A stretch of 64,000 nucleotides of DNA, taken from Thermoanaerobaculia bacterium (GTDB lineage Bacteria > Acidobacteriota > Thermoanaerobaculia > Gp7-AA8). The notes beneath the pieces were generated by a model. That model was not told where the DNA came from, made no database searches, and was given only the letters and a program-made list of their open reading frames with translations. Shown in pieces: positions 1 through 9,619 of this stretch. A program made the position numbers and the translations under genes. Every line of letters begins with the position of its first letter. Position 1 is the first letter of the stretch. The DNA is taken from assembly GCA_036375075.1 (NCBI GenBank), contig DASUSN010000211.1, positions 8,075 through 72,074 of the forward strand, written 5' to 3'.

Positions 1-130
1 GCTCCGGAAGCCTCTCGATCGGGTCCTGCGTGACCACCCCCAACCGCACGCCCTCGAGCTTCCCGGCCGCGGCGACGATCCGCGCGGCGTTCTCGGAAAG
101 GATCGGCGCGGTGAAGATCGCGTTCGGCAT
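1..130 (-). CDS. 5' end of an unidentified gene running off the left edge (partial)
   Basis: The minus-strand ATG at 130-128 opens a frame that stays open to position 1: MPNAIFTAPILSENAARIVAAAGKLEGVRLGVVTQDPIERLPE. It is absent from the ORF track because there is no stop in the window. No family recognised. Confidence 0.3.
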   Translation of the reverse strand, partial: MPNAIFTAPILSENAARIVAAAGKLEGVRLGVVTQDPIERLPE

Positions 131-167
131 GAGCCGCCTAGTGTAGCGGTCTCGTGGCGTGTGACGT

Positions 168-779
168 TCAGGGACGGCAGCCGGCCGATTTCCGGACGGT
201 GTAGACGGTCACACGCGAGCGCGAGCCGTACCCCAGCCGCGTGAAGGGCCGCGGCCCCGGCGAGCTTGCGCCGACGAATACGTCCACATGGGGCCCGCGG
301 AAATGGCCTCGATCGCTGGCGATGAACATCCCGTCGTGGATCGTGCCGTCCGGGAGCTGGGCCCCTTTCAGTTGCGGGATGTACACCTTCGTGCCGAGCT
401 TCACGAAGCGCGGATCGACGGCGATGGTCTTGTACGGAATGAGGCGGCAGCCATTGCTGCCCAGACCGTACTTCGACTTCGTCACGCGGAAGCGGCTCTC
501 GCCGCCGATTCGCTTGACGAAGACGACCGTCCGCCCGTCGCGCAGCCATCCGGAGCCCTGCCGCACGAGCTCGAGCTTGAACTTTCTTGTCGTATGCGCG
601 AGCACGCGCCCGGCCGGGTCGCGCAGGACTGCCGCCGTCTTGCCGCGATACTGCGGCGCCGTCTCGTCGGCGACCCAGTAGAAGGTCAGCCGCGCCCGGC
701 CGGCCTTCTCGTACGCGGGCACGTGCGCACAGAAGACGAGACTGAGCACGCCCACCGCGATCGCAGTCCGCATGGCCAT
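168..779 (-). CDS. Secreted 3D-domain / MltA-like lytic transglycosylase-related protein
   Basis: Signal-like N-terminus MAMRTAIAVGVLSLVFCAHVPA. 'RLTFYWVADE', 'IAVDPRFVKLGTKVYIP' and 'DGMFIASDRG..HVDVF' resemble the MltA/3D barrel. Confidence 0.55.
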   Translation of the reverse strand: MAMRTAIAVGVLSLVFCAHVPAYEKAGRARLTFYWVADETAPQYRGKTAAVLRDPAGRVLAHTTRKFKLELVRQGSGWLRDGRTVVFVKRIGGESRFRVTKSKYGLGSNGCRLIPYKTIAVDPRFVKLGTKVYIPQLKGAQLPDGTIHDGMFIASDRGHFRGPHVDVFVGASSPGPRPFTRLGYGSRSRVTVYTVRKSAGCRP

Positions 780-903
780 TCATTGTAGGAGGGGCCGCAT
801 GTGACGCACGACACAGGAGGCGTCGCCGGACGTGCTACGCGCCACAGCGCGAGCGCGCGCTCCGGGGAGCGACAGGCGTCCGCCTGTCGCTCCCACTCGG
901 TTC

Positions 904-1365
904 CTACGGGAACGAGATGCGGTTGAACCGCGGGTTCGTCAGCGTATTGGCGCGCGTGAGCGTCACCTCGATGTAGTACGAGCGCTGCGCGAAGTTCCAG
1001 GTAAACGGGCCGAAGATGTGGCCGATGCAGATGTTGGCCTCGGGCGTGTTCGGATTCGTGAACGTCGTGACGACGGTCTCGTTGACGCCGCACTGATCGA
1101 CTTCCTTGAGCCGCACCGTGACGCCCGCGCCGGCGTAGCCGAGCCAGAACGAGCCCCAGCCGGGGTTCGAAACGTCGCTGACGACCGGGTAGCGCGCCAC
1201 GATCGTGCCGACCGCGCCGGCCTTGAACTGCAGCGACGGTCCGCTAAACTCGTAGAGAGCGAGCGATGCCTCGTCGATGACGCCGGTCGAGCCGGCGGCG
1301 TTCCAGATCTGCGCGGACAAGGGAAGTGCGAGGAGCAGTACGGCGAGGATGAGCAGTTTCTTCAT
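904..1365 (-). CDS. Secreted hypothetical protein
   Basis: The internal ATG at 1365 is preceded by AAGGAGA. Signal peptide MKKLLILAVLLLALPLSAQ. The longer ORF-track start at 1464 lacks a signal peptide. No family recognised. Confidence 0.55.
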   Translation of the reverse strand: MKKLLILAVLLLALPLSAQIWNAAGSTGVIDEASLALYEFSGPSLQFKAGAVGTIVARYPVVSDVSNPGWGSFWLGYAGAGVTVRLKEVDQCGVNETVVTTFTNPNTPEANICIGHIFGPFTWNFAQRSYYIEVTLTRANTLTNPRFNRISFP

Positions 1366-1528
1366 GGTCGTCTCCTTCATTCCTGCATGACGGATGGTGT
1401 AGTGGAAGGAAGGTACGGTCGCGGGGAGGGCGGCGATAGAGACATTCCGTGATCCGCGCTTCATCGCCGCGAGACGGAATGCACCTCCGTTTCAAGCGTG
1501 ACAGACACCAGCTCCCGTGCCCAGCGCG

Positions 1529-2062
1529 TCAGCCGCGGGGACCGTCGTCGCGATCTGCCTCGTCGAGTGTTTCGTCTTCCCGTTTCACTTCGGCCATCGC
1601 TTCCGGCTCGAGCTCTTCCGCGCGGCCGTTGAGATGAACGAACAGCCCCCATGCCGCGAGAATCGCGGCGGCGGCGAAGGCGACCATCGCCGACTGCGTG
1701 AGATTCGCGGGAGCTTCATGCGCGAACCCGAACGCGGAGACCAGCGCCTCGATCCCGAGGGCAACCACGACCACGACCAGAAAGCGGGAGAGAAAGCGGC
1801 GCACGCGGGTGGGGGCGGAAATCTGCGCGACGCGCCGGATTTCTTCCTCGAACACCGTCTGGCTCAATTCCAGGGCCACGACTGCAATGGTGAGCAGCCC
1901 GATGCTCTCGAGGACTCGCCTGATCCGCTGCGCGGTCTCGATCGCGTGTCGCGGGTCTGCACCCATCCACAGCTCTCTTGCGGAAAAGACGATGAGGACC
2001 AGAGCCGCAAGAAGAAAGAGAACGGCCACTGCTCCATACAGGATGTCGTAGATGCGTTTCAT
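1529..2062 (-). CDS. Integral membrane protein (possibly PsiE-like), acidic C-terminal tail
   Basis: About four hydrophobic helices (AVAVLFLLAALVLIVF, IGLLTIAVVALEL, FLVVVVVALGIEALV, AMVAFAAAAILAAWGLFV). The family assignment is tentative. Confidence 0.5.
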   Translation of the reverse strand: MKRIYDILYGAVAVLFLLAALVLIVFSARELWMGADPRHAIETAQRIRRVLESIGLLTIAVVALELSQTVFEEEIRRVAQISAPTRVRRFLSRFLVVVVVALGIEALVSAFGFAHEAPANLTQSAMVAFAAAAILAAWGLFVHLNGRAEELEPEAMAEVKREDETLDEADRDDGPRG

Positions 2063-2114
2063 CGCGTATCGCCTCTCCTCCGGCGCGCCCGGTGAGCCAT
2101 TCTCTCTTGATTCG

Positions 2115-2774
2115 TCACATGAGCCGCATGTCGCGCGCGTAGACGATCAGCTTCGTCCGGCTGTCGATGCCGAGCTTCTCGAAGATCGTCCGCAGGTGCG
2201 CCTTCACGGTCCCCTCGGTAATGGACAGCAGGCCGGCGATCTCTTTGTTGCGCAGGCCGCGGGCCACCATGCGCACCACTTCGATCTCACGCGCGGTCAG
2301 GACGGCCGCTGCTTTCGCGGCGCCGGACTGGCGGCGCAGGATCCCGTCGATCGTGCGGCTTCCGATGGCGTGATCGATCCATTGATGGCCGATGGCGACG
2401 CGGCGGATGCAGTCGAGGATCTGCCGCGGCGCGCTTTCTTTCAACACGACCCCGGCCACGCCGAGCTTCAAGGCCTCGAGGACCTGCTCGTGCTCGATGC
2501 GCGCCGTCAGCAGGACCAGGCGCACGGAGGAGCGCATCTCGCGGAGCTCGCGCAGCAGGTCCATGCCGCTGCGCCCCGGCATGACGAGATCGGCGATGAC
2601 GACGTGCGGGCGCTCGCGGGCGATGGCCGCAAGCGCTTCGTTGCCGTTCGTGCAGCGCGCCACGACGGTGATGTCCGGCTCCAGCGACAGGAGATGATCG
2701 AGGCCGCCCAGGACGAGGGGGTGATCGTCGGCGATCAGGACGCGGATGGGCGTGTCATCGGTGACGGAGCTCAT
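2115..2774 (-). CDS. NarL/LuxR-family response regulator (REC + HTH_LuxR)
   Basis: 'IRVLIADDHPLV', 'VVIADLVMPG..G' and 'VLLTA' mark the receiver domain. 'LTAREIEVVRMVARGLRNKEIAGLLSITEGTVKAHL' is the LuxR HTH. ATGA overlap with the upstream kinase gene. Confidence 0.9.
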   Translation of the reverse strand: MSSVTDDTPIRVLIADDHPLVLGGLDHLLSLEPDITVVARCTNGNEALAAIARERPHVVIADLVMPGRSGMDLLRELREMRSSVRLVLLTARIEHEQVLEALKLGVAGVVLKESAPRQILDCIRRVAIGHQWIDHAIGSRTIDGILRRQSGAAKAAAVLTAREIEVVRMVARGLRNKEIAGLLSITEGTVKAHLRTIFEKLGIDSRTKLIVYARDMRLM

Positions 2775-3949
2775 CCTGCCCCCGGCAGCCGCATTTCGAC
2801 GCGCGCCCCGCGCGGCGAGCTCTCGATCGCGAGCTCTCCGTCCAGTGCCCTCACGCGCTCCTCGAGGCTCCAGGGAGCGTGGCCGCCGGCCACGAGCTGC
2901 GCCAGTTCGTAACGGCCGTGGAACGGAAAGCCATGCCCGTCATCTTCGATTTCCACGCGAATGTCCTTTCCCTCGACGGCGACGGCGCCGCGGATGCGCG
3001 TGGCACCGGAGTGCCGGGCGGCGTTCGTGAGCGCTTCCGCGACCAGCGCCAGCACATCGTCGGCCAGGCGGACCTCCACCGCGTCGACGCCGGGCGAGAC
3101 CTCGAGATCGATGGGCACATCCCACTGCAGCTCGATCGCCTCCGCGGCGCGAATGAGGCGCGCATGCAGCGACTCGCGCCGCTGCTGGAGCTCGGGCCGC
3201 AGGCCGTCGACGAAGTCGCGAAGCGAGCGCTGCGCCTCGAGCAACTGCTCGGCGACGAGGTCGAGCCGCTGCTCGGTCGCGCGCGGATCGCTGGCCGCGG
3301 AGCGGCGGGCGCCGAGCACGTGCAGCGCCAGACCGCCGAGGGACTGGAGCAGGCCGTCGTGCAGATCGCGGGAGAGCCGCACACGCTCTGCATTCGTGGC
3401 CGCTTCGCGAGTGAGCCGCTCCAGATCGGCGTTCGTCTGCTGCTCGTGATCGGCGCGCCGGATCATGACCGACGCGATCATCACCAGCACGCCGAGGCGG
3501 ATGATCACCACCCGCGGATCCGTGACGCGGGGCTCCGTGGCGATCGCCACGATCGCCAGGTACGCCGCCAGCGTGCCGCACCCTGCCCACAACATCCCGC
3601 GGCGCCCGAACAGGATGCTCGCGCTGAACGGCGTGATCAGGAGGCACGGAAAGAACGGACTCGTGCCGCCGCCGGTCATGGCGATGACCGCGGCGATGAC
3701 CAGCAGGTCGAGCAGCAGCAGCAGGGACGGCCGGAAGAGACGGCCGGAACGGCAGGTCGTCCAGAGCAGCACCGCCGAGACCGCGAACCACGGCAGCAGC
3801 AGCCACAGAGGAGCGGCGCTGTGGTAGTCCCGCGCCGTGACCACGGCCGCGAGCACGCCGAACCCGTGCGTGAGCAGGCGCGTCATCGCCACCAGGCGCT
3901 CCGCGCGAGCCTGCGAGACGTACCGCGCCAGTCCCTGTGAGTCAGTCAT
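2771..3949 (-). CDS. Membrane sensor histidine kinase (HisKA_3 + HATPase_c, NarX/DesK type)
   Basis: Multi-TM N-terminus. H-box 'RLSRDLHDGLLQSL', N-box 'EALTNAARHS', 'IEDDGHGF'. Translationally coupled to the response regulator. Confidence 0.85.
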   Translation of the reverse strand: MTDSQGLARYVSQARAERLVAMTRLLTHGFGVLAAVVTARDYHSAAPLWLLLPWFAVSAVLLWTTCRSGRLFRPSLLLLLDLLVIAAVIAMTGGGTSPFFPCLLITPFSASILFGRRGMLWAGCGTLAAYLAIVAIATEPRVTDPRVVIIRLGVLVMIASVMIRRADHEQQTNADLERLTREAATNAERVRLSRDLHDGLLQSLGGLALHVLGARRSAASDPRATEQRLDLVAEQLLEAQRSLRDFVDGLRPELQQRRESLHARLIRAAEAIELQWDVPIDLEVSPGVDAVEVRLADDVLALVAEALTNAARHSGATRIRGAVAVEGKDIRVEIEDDGHGFPFHGRYELAQLVAGGHAPWSLEERVRALDGELAIESSPRGARVEMRLPGAG

Positions 3950-4060
3950 CGCTCTGTGGCTCTATGTCTTTCGACAGAACAAGTCTAGGCCGTCGAGGGA
4001 TGGTTTGCGCCGCGCTCCGGACCGATTCTCGTTTCATCGAATCGAGAAGGAGAAGAGAAC

Positions 4061-5815
4061 ATGCGCAGCTTATTTTTCGGCCTGGGTGTCAACTATCAAA
4101 ACGCAACCGACCCGGCAGTAGCGTTGTCCAAGTCCGGCGTCATCTATGAAGTCCACGCCGACGGGGACGACCTCTCGTACCGCCTCGGCCATCCGCGGGA
4201 AATGACGGTCGACTGGGACGCGCCTGTCCCCTACGACACGGGCGAGACGCCGTCGATCGCCGTGAGCGCCAACGCCGTCGTGGAGATCCACAAGTCCCAG
4301 AACAACGACGACCTGTGGTTCAACGTCGGCATCCCGGGGACGAAGATCGCCTGGAAAGCCAAAGGGAAGCACGACACCGGGCGCCGTCCCCGCATCTCCG
4401 TCAACGACGCCGGCGTGGTCGTGGAAGTCCATCAGCATCCGGACAAGGACAAGCTGTACTACAACATCGGCTCGACCAACGGCCTCAGCCTCGACTGGAA
4501 AACCGACGGGGAGTACATCTCCGACGGCGCCAGGCCGTCGGTGGCGATCAACGCCAAAGGGCAGGTGGTCCTCGTCTTCGACCGCGGCCCGAGCATCTAC
4601 ATGCGCGTCGGGACGATCGACGGCGACCGCATCCGCTTCGGGGACGAGATCGGCCGGGACAACGGCACGAGCCCCTCGATCGCGCTCACCGATGACGGCG
4701 CGACTCTGCTCACCTACGGCCAGTCGAATGCGGAGGGCTGGAGCGGCGCGGTCCTGCTGCAGGTGCCCGGGAACCTGGAGGGCGCGAACGTGACCATGGA
4801 CGGAGCAGCCTCGGTCTTCGACTATGGCGTCGGCGCCACTTGCGCCATGCAGGGTAATCTGGCCGTCCAGGTGCACTCGTCGGCGACGTTCTCCCAGTGC
4901 TATTTCTCGACGTCGCTGGTCATGGATCGCGGGCGCTGGATGTCCAATCGTCTCGACGAGCTCGGCGAGCTGCCGCTGCGGAAGCTCACGCTCCCGGCGT
5001 CCCACGACGCGTCGATGTACCAGAACACCGGCACCGCCGCCCTCGGCCAGACGCAGGACCTCCGCATCTACGATCAGCTGTCCATGGGCGTGCGGTGGTT
5101 CGATCTCCGCCCGACGTGGAACGGGACGTCCATCGACCTCTATCACGGATGGGTCAGCGGTCCGTCGCTCACGAGCGTGCTGCAGGAGATCCAGTACTGG
5201 CTCCTCAAACCGTGCCAGGAGCTGATCGTCCTCAAGTTCTCGCACTTCGACAACTGGAACAGCACGGCGAACGATCAGCTGATGGCTCAGGTCACGGCCT
5301 TCCTCGGCTCCTACCTCTACAAGAAGCCGCTGCCGGACGGCCAGACGCTCGGAGAGGTGCCGCTCGCGCAGTACGTGTCCGCCGGCGCGTGTGTGCTGGT
5401 GGTGATGGACAAGGACTGGGGCAAGGGTCATTCCGATGCCGGCTTCTGGATCTACCGCGACAGCACCTCGAGCTCCGCGAAAGACGGGCATCTCCGGGTC
5501 TACGACGTGTACTACGGCTACCCCGACTACGCCGGCATGAAGGCCGACCAGTTCGACAAGTTCCAGAAGTACACCGGCCTCTGCGCCGACGGCAAGACGC
5601 CCTGCGACCTGTTCCTGCTCTCGTGGACCTGTACGCTCATCACCTACGTCTGGAGCGTGGCCCAGGACCCCGACCGCTTCCTCGGCAGCGACATGACCGA
5701 GCTGGCCATCCCCAACGGGTACGGCCAGATCGTGAACCTGGTCTACCTCGACTTCGTGGAGTACGCGCGTCCGACGGACGTGGCCATCATGATGGCGGGG
5801 CTGTCTCTGGACTGA
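4061..5815 (+). CDS. PI-PLC X-domain (PLCXD-like) phospholipase fused to an N-terminal five-fold repeat domain
   Basis: GGAGAAG SD upstream of the ATG. C-terminal half has 'LTLPASHDAS', 'VRWFDLR' and 'IDLYHGW'. N-terminal half has five copies of roughly 45 aa of the type P-S-I-A-V-x4-G-x-VVEVH...L-Y-Y-N-I-G. Confidence 0.8.
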   Translation: MRSLFFGLGVNYQNATDPAVALSKSGVIYEVHADGDDLSYRLGHPREMTVDWDAPVPYDTGETPSIAVSANAVVEIHKSQNNDDLWFNVGIPGTKIAWKAKGKHDTGRRPRISVNDAGVVVEVHQHPDKDKLYYNIGSTNGLSLDWKTDGEYISDGARPSVAINAKGQVVLVFDRGPSIYMRVGTIDGDRIRFGDEIGRDNGTSPSIALTDDGATLLTYGQSNAEGWSGAVLLQVPGNLEGANVTMDGAASVFDYGVGATCAMQGNLAVQVHSSATFSQCYFSTSLVMDRGRWMSNRLDELGELPLRKLTLPASHDASMYQNTGTAALGQTQDLRIYDQLSMGVRWFDLRPTWNGTSIDLYHGWVSGPSLTSVLQEIQYWLLKPCQELIVLKFSHFDNWNSTANDQLMAQVTAFLGSYLYKKPLPDGQTLGEVPLAQYVSAGACVLVVMDKDWGKGHSDAGFWIYRDSTSSSAKDGHLRVYDVYYGYPDYAGMKADQFDKFQKYTGLCADGKTPCDLFLLSWTCTLITYVWSVAQDPDRFLGSDMTELAIPNGYGQIVNLVYLDFVEYARPTDVAIMMAGLSLD

Positions 5816-5960
5816 GCTTCCCTATCGGCGGAAGGCTTCTGGTTCCTTCGTCCCGGAGGAACCAGAAGCGACGGAGTCGCCGTTCCTGGTGGCTCGCTAC
5901 CGGCGACGGGCCGGGCATGACGTCATGATTCGCCATCCATGGGTCATCTACACTCCCCGG

Positions 5961-8582
5961 ATGCCCGCATCCCCCGACCAGCCGCTCCGCGACGACGTTC
6001 ACCTCCTCGGCGATCTCCTCGGCCAGACTCTCTGCGCGCAGGAAGGAACGGAGCTCTTCGCGATGGTCGAGCGCGTGCGCGCGCTGGCGAAGAGCGGCCG
6101 CGCCGGCAACGCGGACGACTTCGATCGTCTCGCCGAACTGCTCGCCGCGCGGCCGACCTCGGAGACGCTGCCGGTGGCGCGGGCGTTCGCGCACTTTCTG
6201 AGCCTCGCCAACGTCGCCGAGCAGCACCACCGCGTCCGCCGCCGCCGCGACTATCAACGCGACCCGGACGCGCCGCCGCAGCCCGGCTCGTTCGACGAGG
6301 TCATGGCCCGGCTGCGCGAGCAGGGCGTCGCCGAGGACCGGCTGTTCGCGAGCGTCGCCTCGCTGCAGATCGAGCTCGTGCTCACCGCGCATCCGACGGA
6401 AGTCGTCCGCCGTACGCTCCTGCAGAAATACACGCGCATCGGCGAGCTGCTCGCGCGTCGCGATGGTGACCTGACCATCCCGGAGGAGCGCGAGACGGTC
6501 GACGAGCTGCGGCGAGAGATCACCTCGGCGTGGGAGACCGATGAAGTGCGTCACACGCGACCCACGCCGCTCGACGAGGTGAAAGGCGGCCTGTTCATCT
6601 TCGAGCAGACGCTGTGGGACGCGCTGCCGCGTTCCCTCCGCGCGCTCGACGGCGCGCTGCGCACGCACACCGGCCGCGCGCTGCCGGCAGACGCCGCGCC
6701 GATCCGCTTCGGCTCCTGGATCGGCGGCGATCGCGACGGAAACCCGAACGTCACCGCCGCCGTGACCGCCGACGCCTGCCTCCTCGCGCGCTGGGTGGCC
6801 GCCGACCTCTATCTTCGCGAGATCGACGCGCTCCGCTCGGAGCTGTCGATGAAGTCCGGCTCCGCCGAGTTGCCGTCCGTCGACGAGCCGTACCGGGCCG
6901 TGCTGCGCGACGTGCGCGACCGCCTGCGCCTGACCCGCGACTCGATCGAAGCCTCCCTGTCGGCGAACGCGGCATTCGGCACCCGCGGCGAGCTCCTCGA
7001 AACCGGCGACCTGCTCGAACCGCTCCTGCGCTGCCATCGCTCGCTGCATGACACCGGGAACGGCATCATCGCCGACGGCCGCCTGCTCGACATCATCCGC
7101 CGCGTCCACGCCTTCGGCCTCACGCTGGTCCGCCTCGACGTGCGCCAGGACTCCGCGCGGCACACCGCGCTCCTCGACGCCATCACCCGCCAGCTCGGCC
7201 TCGGCAGCTATGCCGAATGGAGCGAAGAGCAGCGCCAGGAGCTCCTGCTCCGCGAGCTCGCCTCGCGACGCCCGCTGATCCCGCGCGATCTCCAACTCGA
7301 CGACGACGCGCGCGACGATCTCGAGACCTTCCGCGCCATCGCCGCCATCCCCCGCTCCTCCCTCGGCGCATACGTCATCACCATGGCCGGCAACCCGTCG
7401 GACGTCCTCGCCGTCGCGCTGCTGCAGAAAGAGGCCGGCGTCGCCGAGCCGCTGCGCATCGTCCCGCTCTTCGAAACCATCGCCGACCTCCGCCGCGCCG
7501 GCGCGACGATGACCGACCTGCTGAGGATCGACACCTACCGCGCCGCCATCAACGGCCGCCAGGAAGTGATGGTCGGCTACTCCGACTCCTCGAAAGACTC
7601 CGGCCGCTTCACCGCCGCGTGGGAGCTCTTCCAGGCGCAGGAACAGATCGTCGCCGCCTGCCGCGCCGCCGAGGTCGAGTTGACGCTCTTCCACGGCCGC
7701 GGCGGAAGCGTGGGCCGAGGGGGCGGACCGACCTATCTCGCCATCGGGTCGCAGCCCCCCGGCTCCGTCGACGGCCGCCTGCGCGTGACCGTGCAGGGCG
7801 AAATGATCCAGGCCGAATTCGGCCTCGTCGGCATCGCATTGCGCACCCTCGAGGTCTACACCACCGCCACCCTCGACGCGACCCTCGCGCCGTCACCCGC
7901 GCCGCGTGACGAGTGGCGCACCGCCATGCAGCAGATGGCCGACGCCGCCGCGCGCGGCTACCGCTCGGTGGTCTACGAGACCCCGCGCTTCGTCGACTAC
8001 TTCCGCGCCGCGACGCCCGAGGCGGAGCTGGGCGAGATCAACATCGGCAGCCGCCCCGCGCGCCGCGGCGGCGGCAAACGCGGCGTCGAGTCGCTGCGCG
8101 CGATCCCGTGGCAGTTCGCCTGGACGCAGAACCGGCTGCTGCTGCCGTCGTGGCTCGGCGTCGACGACGCGCTCCTCGCGGGCGATCCGGCCATGCTCGC
8201 GACGATGATGAAAGAGTGGCCCTTCTTCCGCTCGACCATGGAGCTGATCGAGATGGTGCTGGCCAAGGCGGAGGCGCGCATCGCCGCCTACTACGACCGC
8301 CTCCTCGTCCCCGGCGATCTCCGCGACCTCGGCGAGTCGCTTCGCGAGCGCCTGCAGCGCACCGTCGAGCTGGTGCAGCGCGTGACCGGCCACGAACGTC
8401 TGCTCGAGATCAATCACGCCTTACGCCGCTCCATCGACGTGCGCAATCCCTACGTCGACCCGATCAACGTCGTGCAGGCCGAGGTCCTCCGCCGCCTGCG
8501 GCACGCACCGGACGACTCGTTGCGCGACGCCTTCATCACCACGGTCAACGGAATCGCGGCCGGCATGAGGAATACGGGGTAG
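5961..8582 (+). CDS. ppc: Phosphoenolpyruvate carboxylase
   Basis: 'VLTAHPTE', 'VMVGYSDSSKDSG', 'FHGRGGSVGRGGGP' and C-terminal 'NGIAAGMRNTG'. Start placed at ATG 5961 (MPASPDQPLRDDVHLLG); the ORF-track start at 5889 is less likely. Confidence 0.95.
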   Translation: MPASPDQPLRDDVHLLGDLLGQTLCAQEGTELFAMVERVRALAKSGRAGNADDFDRLAELLAARPTSETLPVARAFAHFLSLANVAEQHHRVRRRRDYQRDPDAPPQPGSFDEVMARLREQGVAEDRLFASVASLQIELVLTAHPTEVVRRTLLQKYTRIGELLARRDGDLTIPEERETVDELRREITSAWETDEVRHTRPTPLDEVKGGLFIFEQTLWDALPRSLRALDGALRTHTGRALPADAAPIRFGSWIGGDRDGNPNVTAAVTADACLLARWVAADLYLREIDALRSELSMKSGSAELPSVDEPYRAVLRDVRDRLRLTRDSIEASLSANAAFGTRGELLETGDLLEPLLRCHRSLHDTGNGIIADGRLLDIIRRVHAFGLTLVRLDVRQDSARHTALLDAITRQLGLGSYAEWSEEQRQELLLRELASRRPLIPRDLQLDDDARDDLETFRAIAAIPRSSLGAYVITMAGNPSDVLAVALLQKEAGVAEPLRIVPLFETIADLRRAGATMTDLLRIDTYRAAINGRQEVMVGYSDSSKDSGRFTAAWELFQAQEQIVAACRAAEVELTLFHGRGGSVGRGGGPTYLAIGSQPPGSVDGRLRVTVQGEMIQAEFGLVGIALRTLEVYTTATLDATLAPSPAPRDEWRTAMQQMADAAARGYRSVVYETPRFVDYFRAATPEAELGEINIGSRPARRGGGKRGVESLRAIPWQFAWTQNRLLLPSWLGVDDALLAGDPAMLATMMKEWPFFRSTMELIEMVLAKAEARIAAYYDRLLVPGDLRDLGESLRERLQRTVELVQRVTGHERLLEINHALRRSIDVRNPYVDPINVVQAEVLRRLRHAPDDSLRDAFITTVNGIAAGMRNTG

Positions 8583-8736
8583 GCAGCCGGAAGGAACCGG
8601 CGATGCATCTCTCAGGTCTGCGTCAATACGACCACTTCATCGCCCGCGCCGAACGTCCGCGCAGAATGAGCCGTTCAATCTTTGAAACGATCCCGCAGCC
8701 GCCGCATGCTACTGCGAGGTTGCGGAAAGGCGCGGA

Positions 8737-9270
8737 CTACGGCGTAAGCAACACCTGATTCCCGGTGACGATCGGCACGTCGCTCTTCTTCATATCGCGA
8801 TCGTCGGTTACTAGGAGACACGACTTCGATCGGCAGGTCTCGACGATCAGCAAGTCGTTGAAGTCTGCACCGCCTGCTTCGAACGCCGCCAGAAAAGGTG
8901 AGAGACTGATGTTCGCGAATGCCGTACCCGTTGGCTTGGCGACGCTGAGGATACTTCTCAGCGAGAGCGCGATGTCCTGCGCGACTGCCTTGAACCCGCC
9001 GCTGTTACGGAACGCTTTGAAATCGCTGCCGCCCGTACGCCGGAACTCGAAGCGAGCCCACGTGTTCGCGAACTCCGACATCACGAGTGCGTCGACAAAG
9101 GTCGGAGCCTTGCTCGATCGGAGACGCTTCACGGCGTCGGAGTAAAGCTGCACCCGCGGGTCGCCGGGAGGCGTCGGACCGTAAACGAGAAACCAGACGT
9201 TCGTATCGAGGAAGTAGCTCGCGGTCGAGTCGAACGCGTACGAACTGATGTCGTACCGCGGAGGTGTCAC
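8737..9270 (-). CDS. PIN-domain ribonuclease (VapC-like toxin candidate)
   Basis: Four acidic positions in PIN order: D in 'FLDTNVW', E in 'MSEFAN', D in 'DFNDLLIV', D in 'VTDDRD'. GTG start at 9270 overlaps the upstream TGA (GTGA). Confidence 0.75.
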   Translation of the reverse strand: MTPPRYDISSYAFDSTASYFLDTNVWFLVYGPTPPGDPRVQLYSDAVKRLRSSKAPTFVDALVMSEFANTWARFEFRRTGGSDFKAFRNSGGFKAVAQDIALSLRSILSVAKPTGTAFANISLSPFLAAFEAGGADFNDLLIVETCRSKSCLLVTDDRDMKKSDVPIVTGNQVLLTP

Positions 9271-9611
9271 TCGTTGAGGGCTCCTGATACGGCAGCTCGG
9301 TACTGCTCTGGATTGCGAAAGAACTCCTTCGCCCGTTCGACGACGCGTTTCAGGAGAAGCAGATGATCGCCCTCCGCATCGGTCACCCGAAGATGCTTTC
9401 GGATCACGTCCTCGTCGAACTCGCCGTAAAGCTGGCCGATCGCTGCGTTGAGAAACGCCGATGTCACGTCCTCGATGCCAGAGAACGAGACAACCACGTC
9501 ATCCTCACGCCGCAGAGCTGTGGCGATCAGATCGTGGACCGCACTGCCGTCCGCGGAGGAAACGGAATGAGGGCTTCCAAGCGCGGCAAGCAAGCTGATG
9601 GATACGCTCAT
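9267..9611 (-). CDS. STAS-like small protein (DUF4325-type)
   Basis: 114 aa. 'DDVVVSFSGIEDVTSAFLNAAIGQLYGEF' matches the DUF4325/STAS-like pattern as I remember it. ATG lies 8 nt after the stop of the ATPase gene; the stop overlaps the PIN start. Confidence 0.6.
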   Translation of the reverse strand: MSVSISLLAALGSPHSVSSADGSAVHDLIATALRREDDVVVSFSGIEDVTSAFLNAAIGQLYGEFDEDVIRKHLRVTDAEGDHLLLLKRVVERAKEFFRNPEQYRAAVSGALNE

Positions 9612-9619
9612 TTGATGGA

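Noticed and set aside
1160-1180. GGTTCGAA tRNA T-arm-like string; a general scan for tRNA, rRNA and tmRNA genes
   Set aside because: The string lies inside a CDS with no acceptor or anticodon arms around it. I found no cloverleaf-compatible or rRNA-like region anywhere in the window by eye. tRNAscan-SE or Infernal would be decisive.
5787-7694. 635-aa minus-strand ORF opposite ppc, and the other overlapping frames at 5939-8758
   Set aside because: The plus frame has the diagnostic PEP carboxylase signatures. The antisense and alternative frames are low-complexity Arg/Ala/Gly-rich shadow ORFs.
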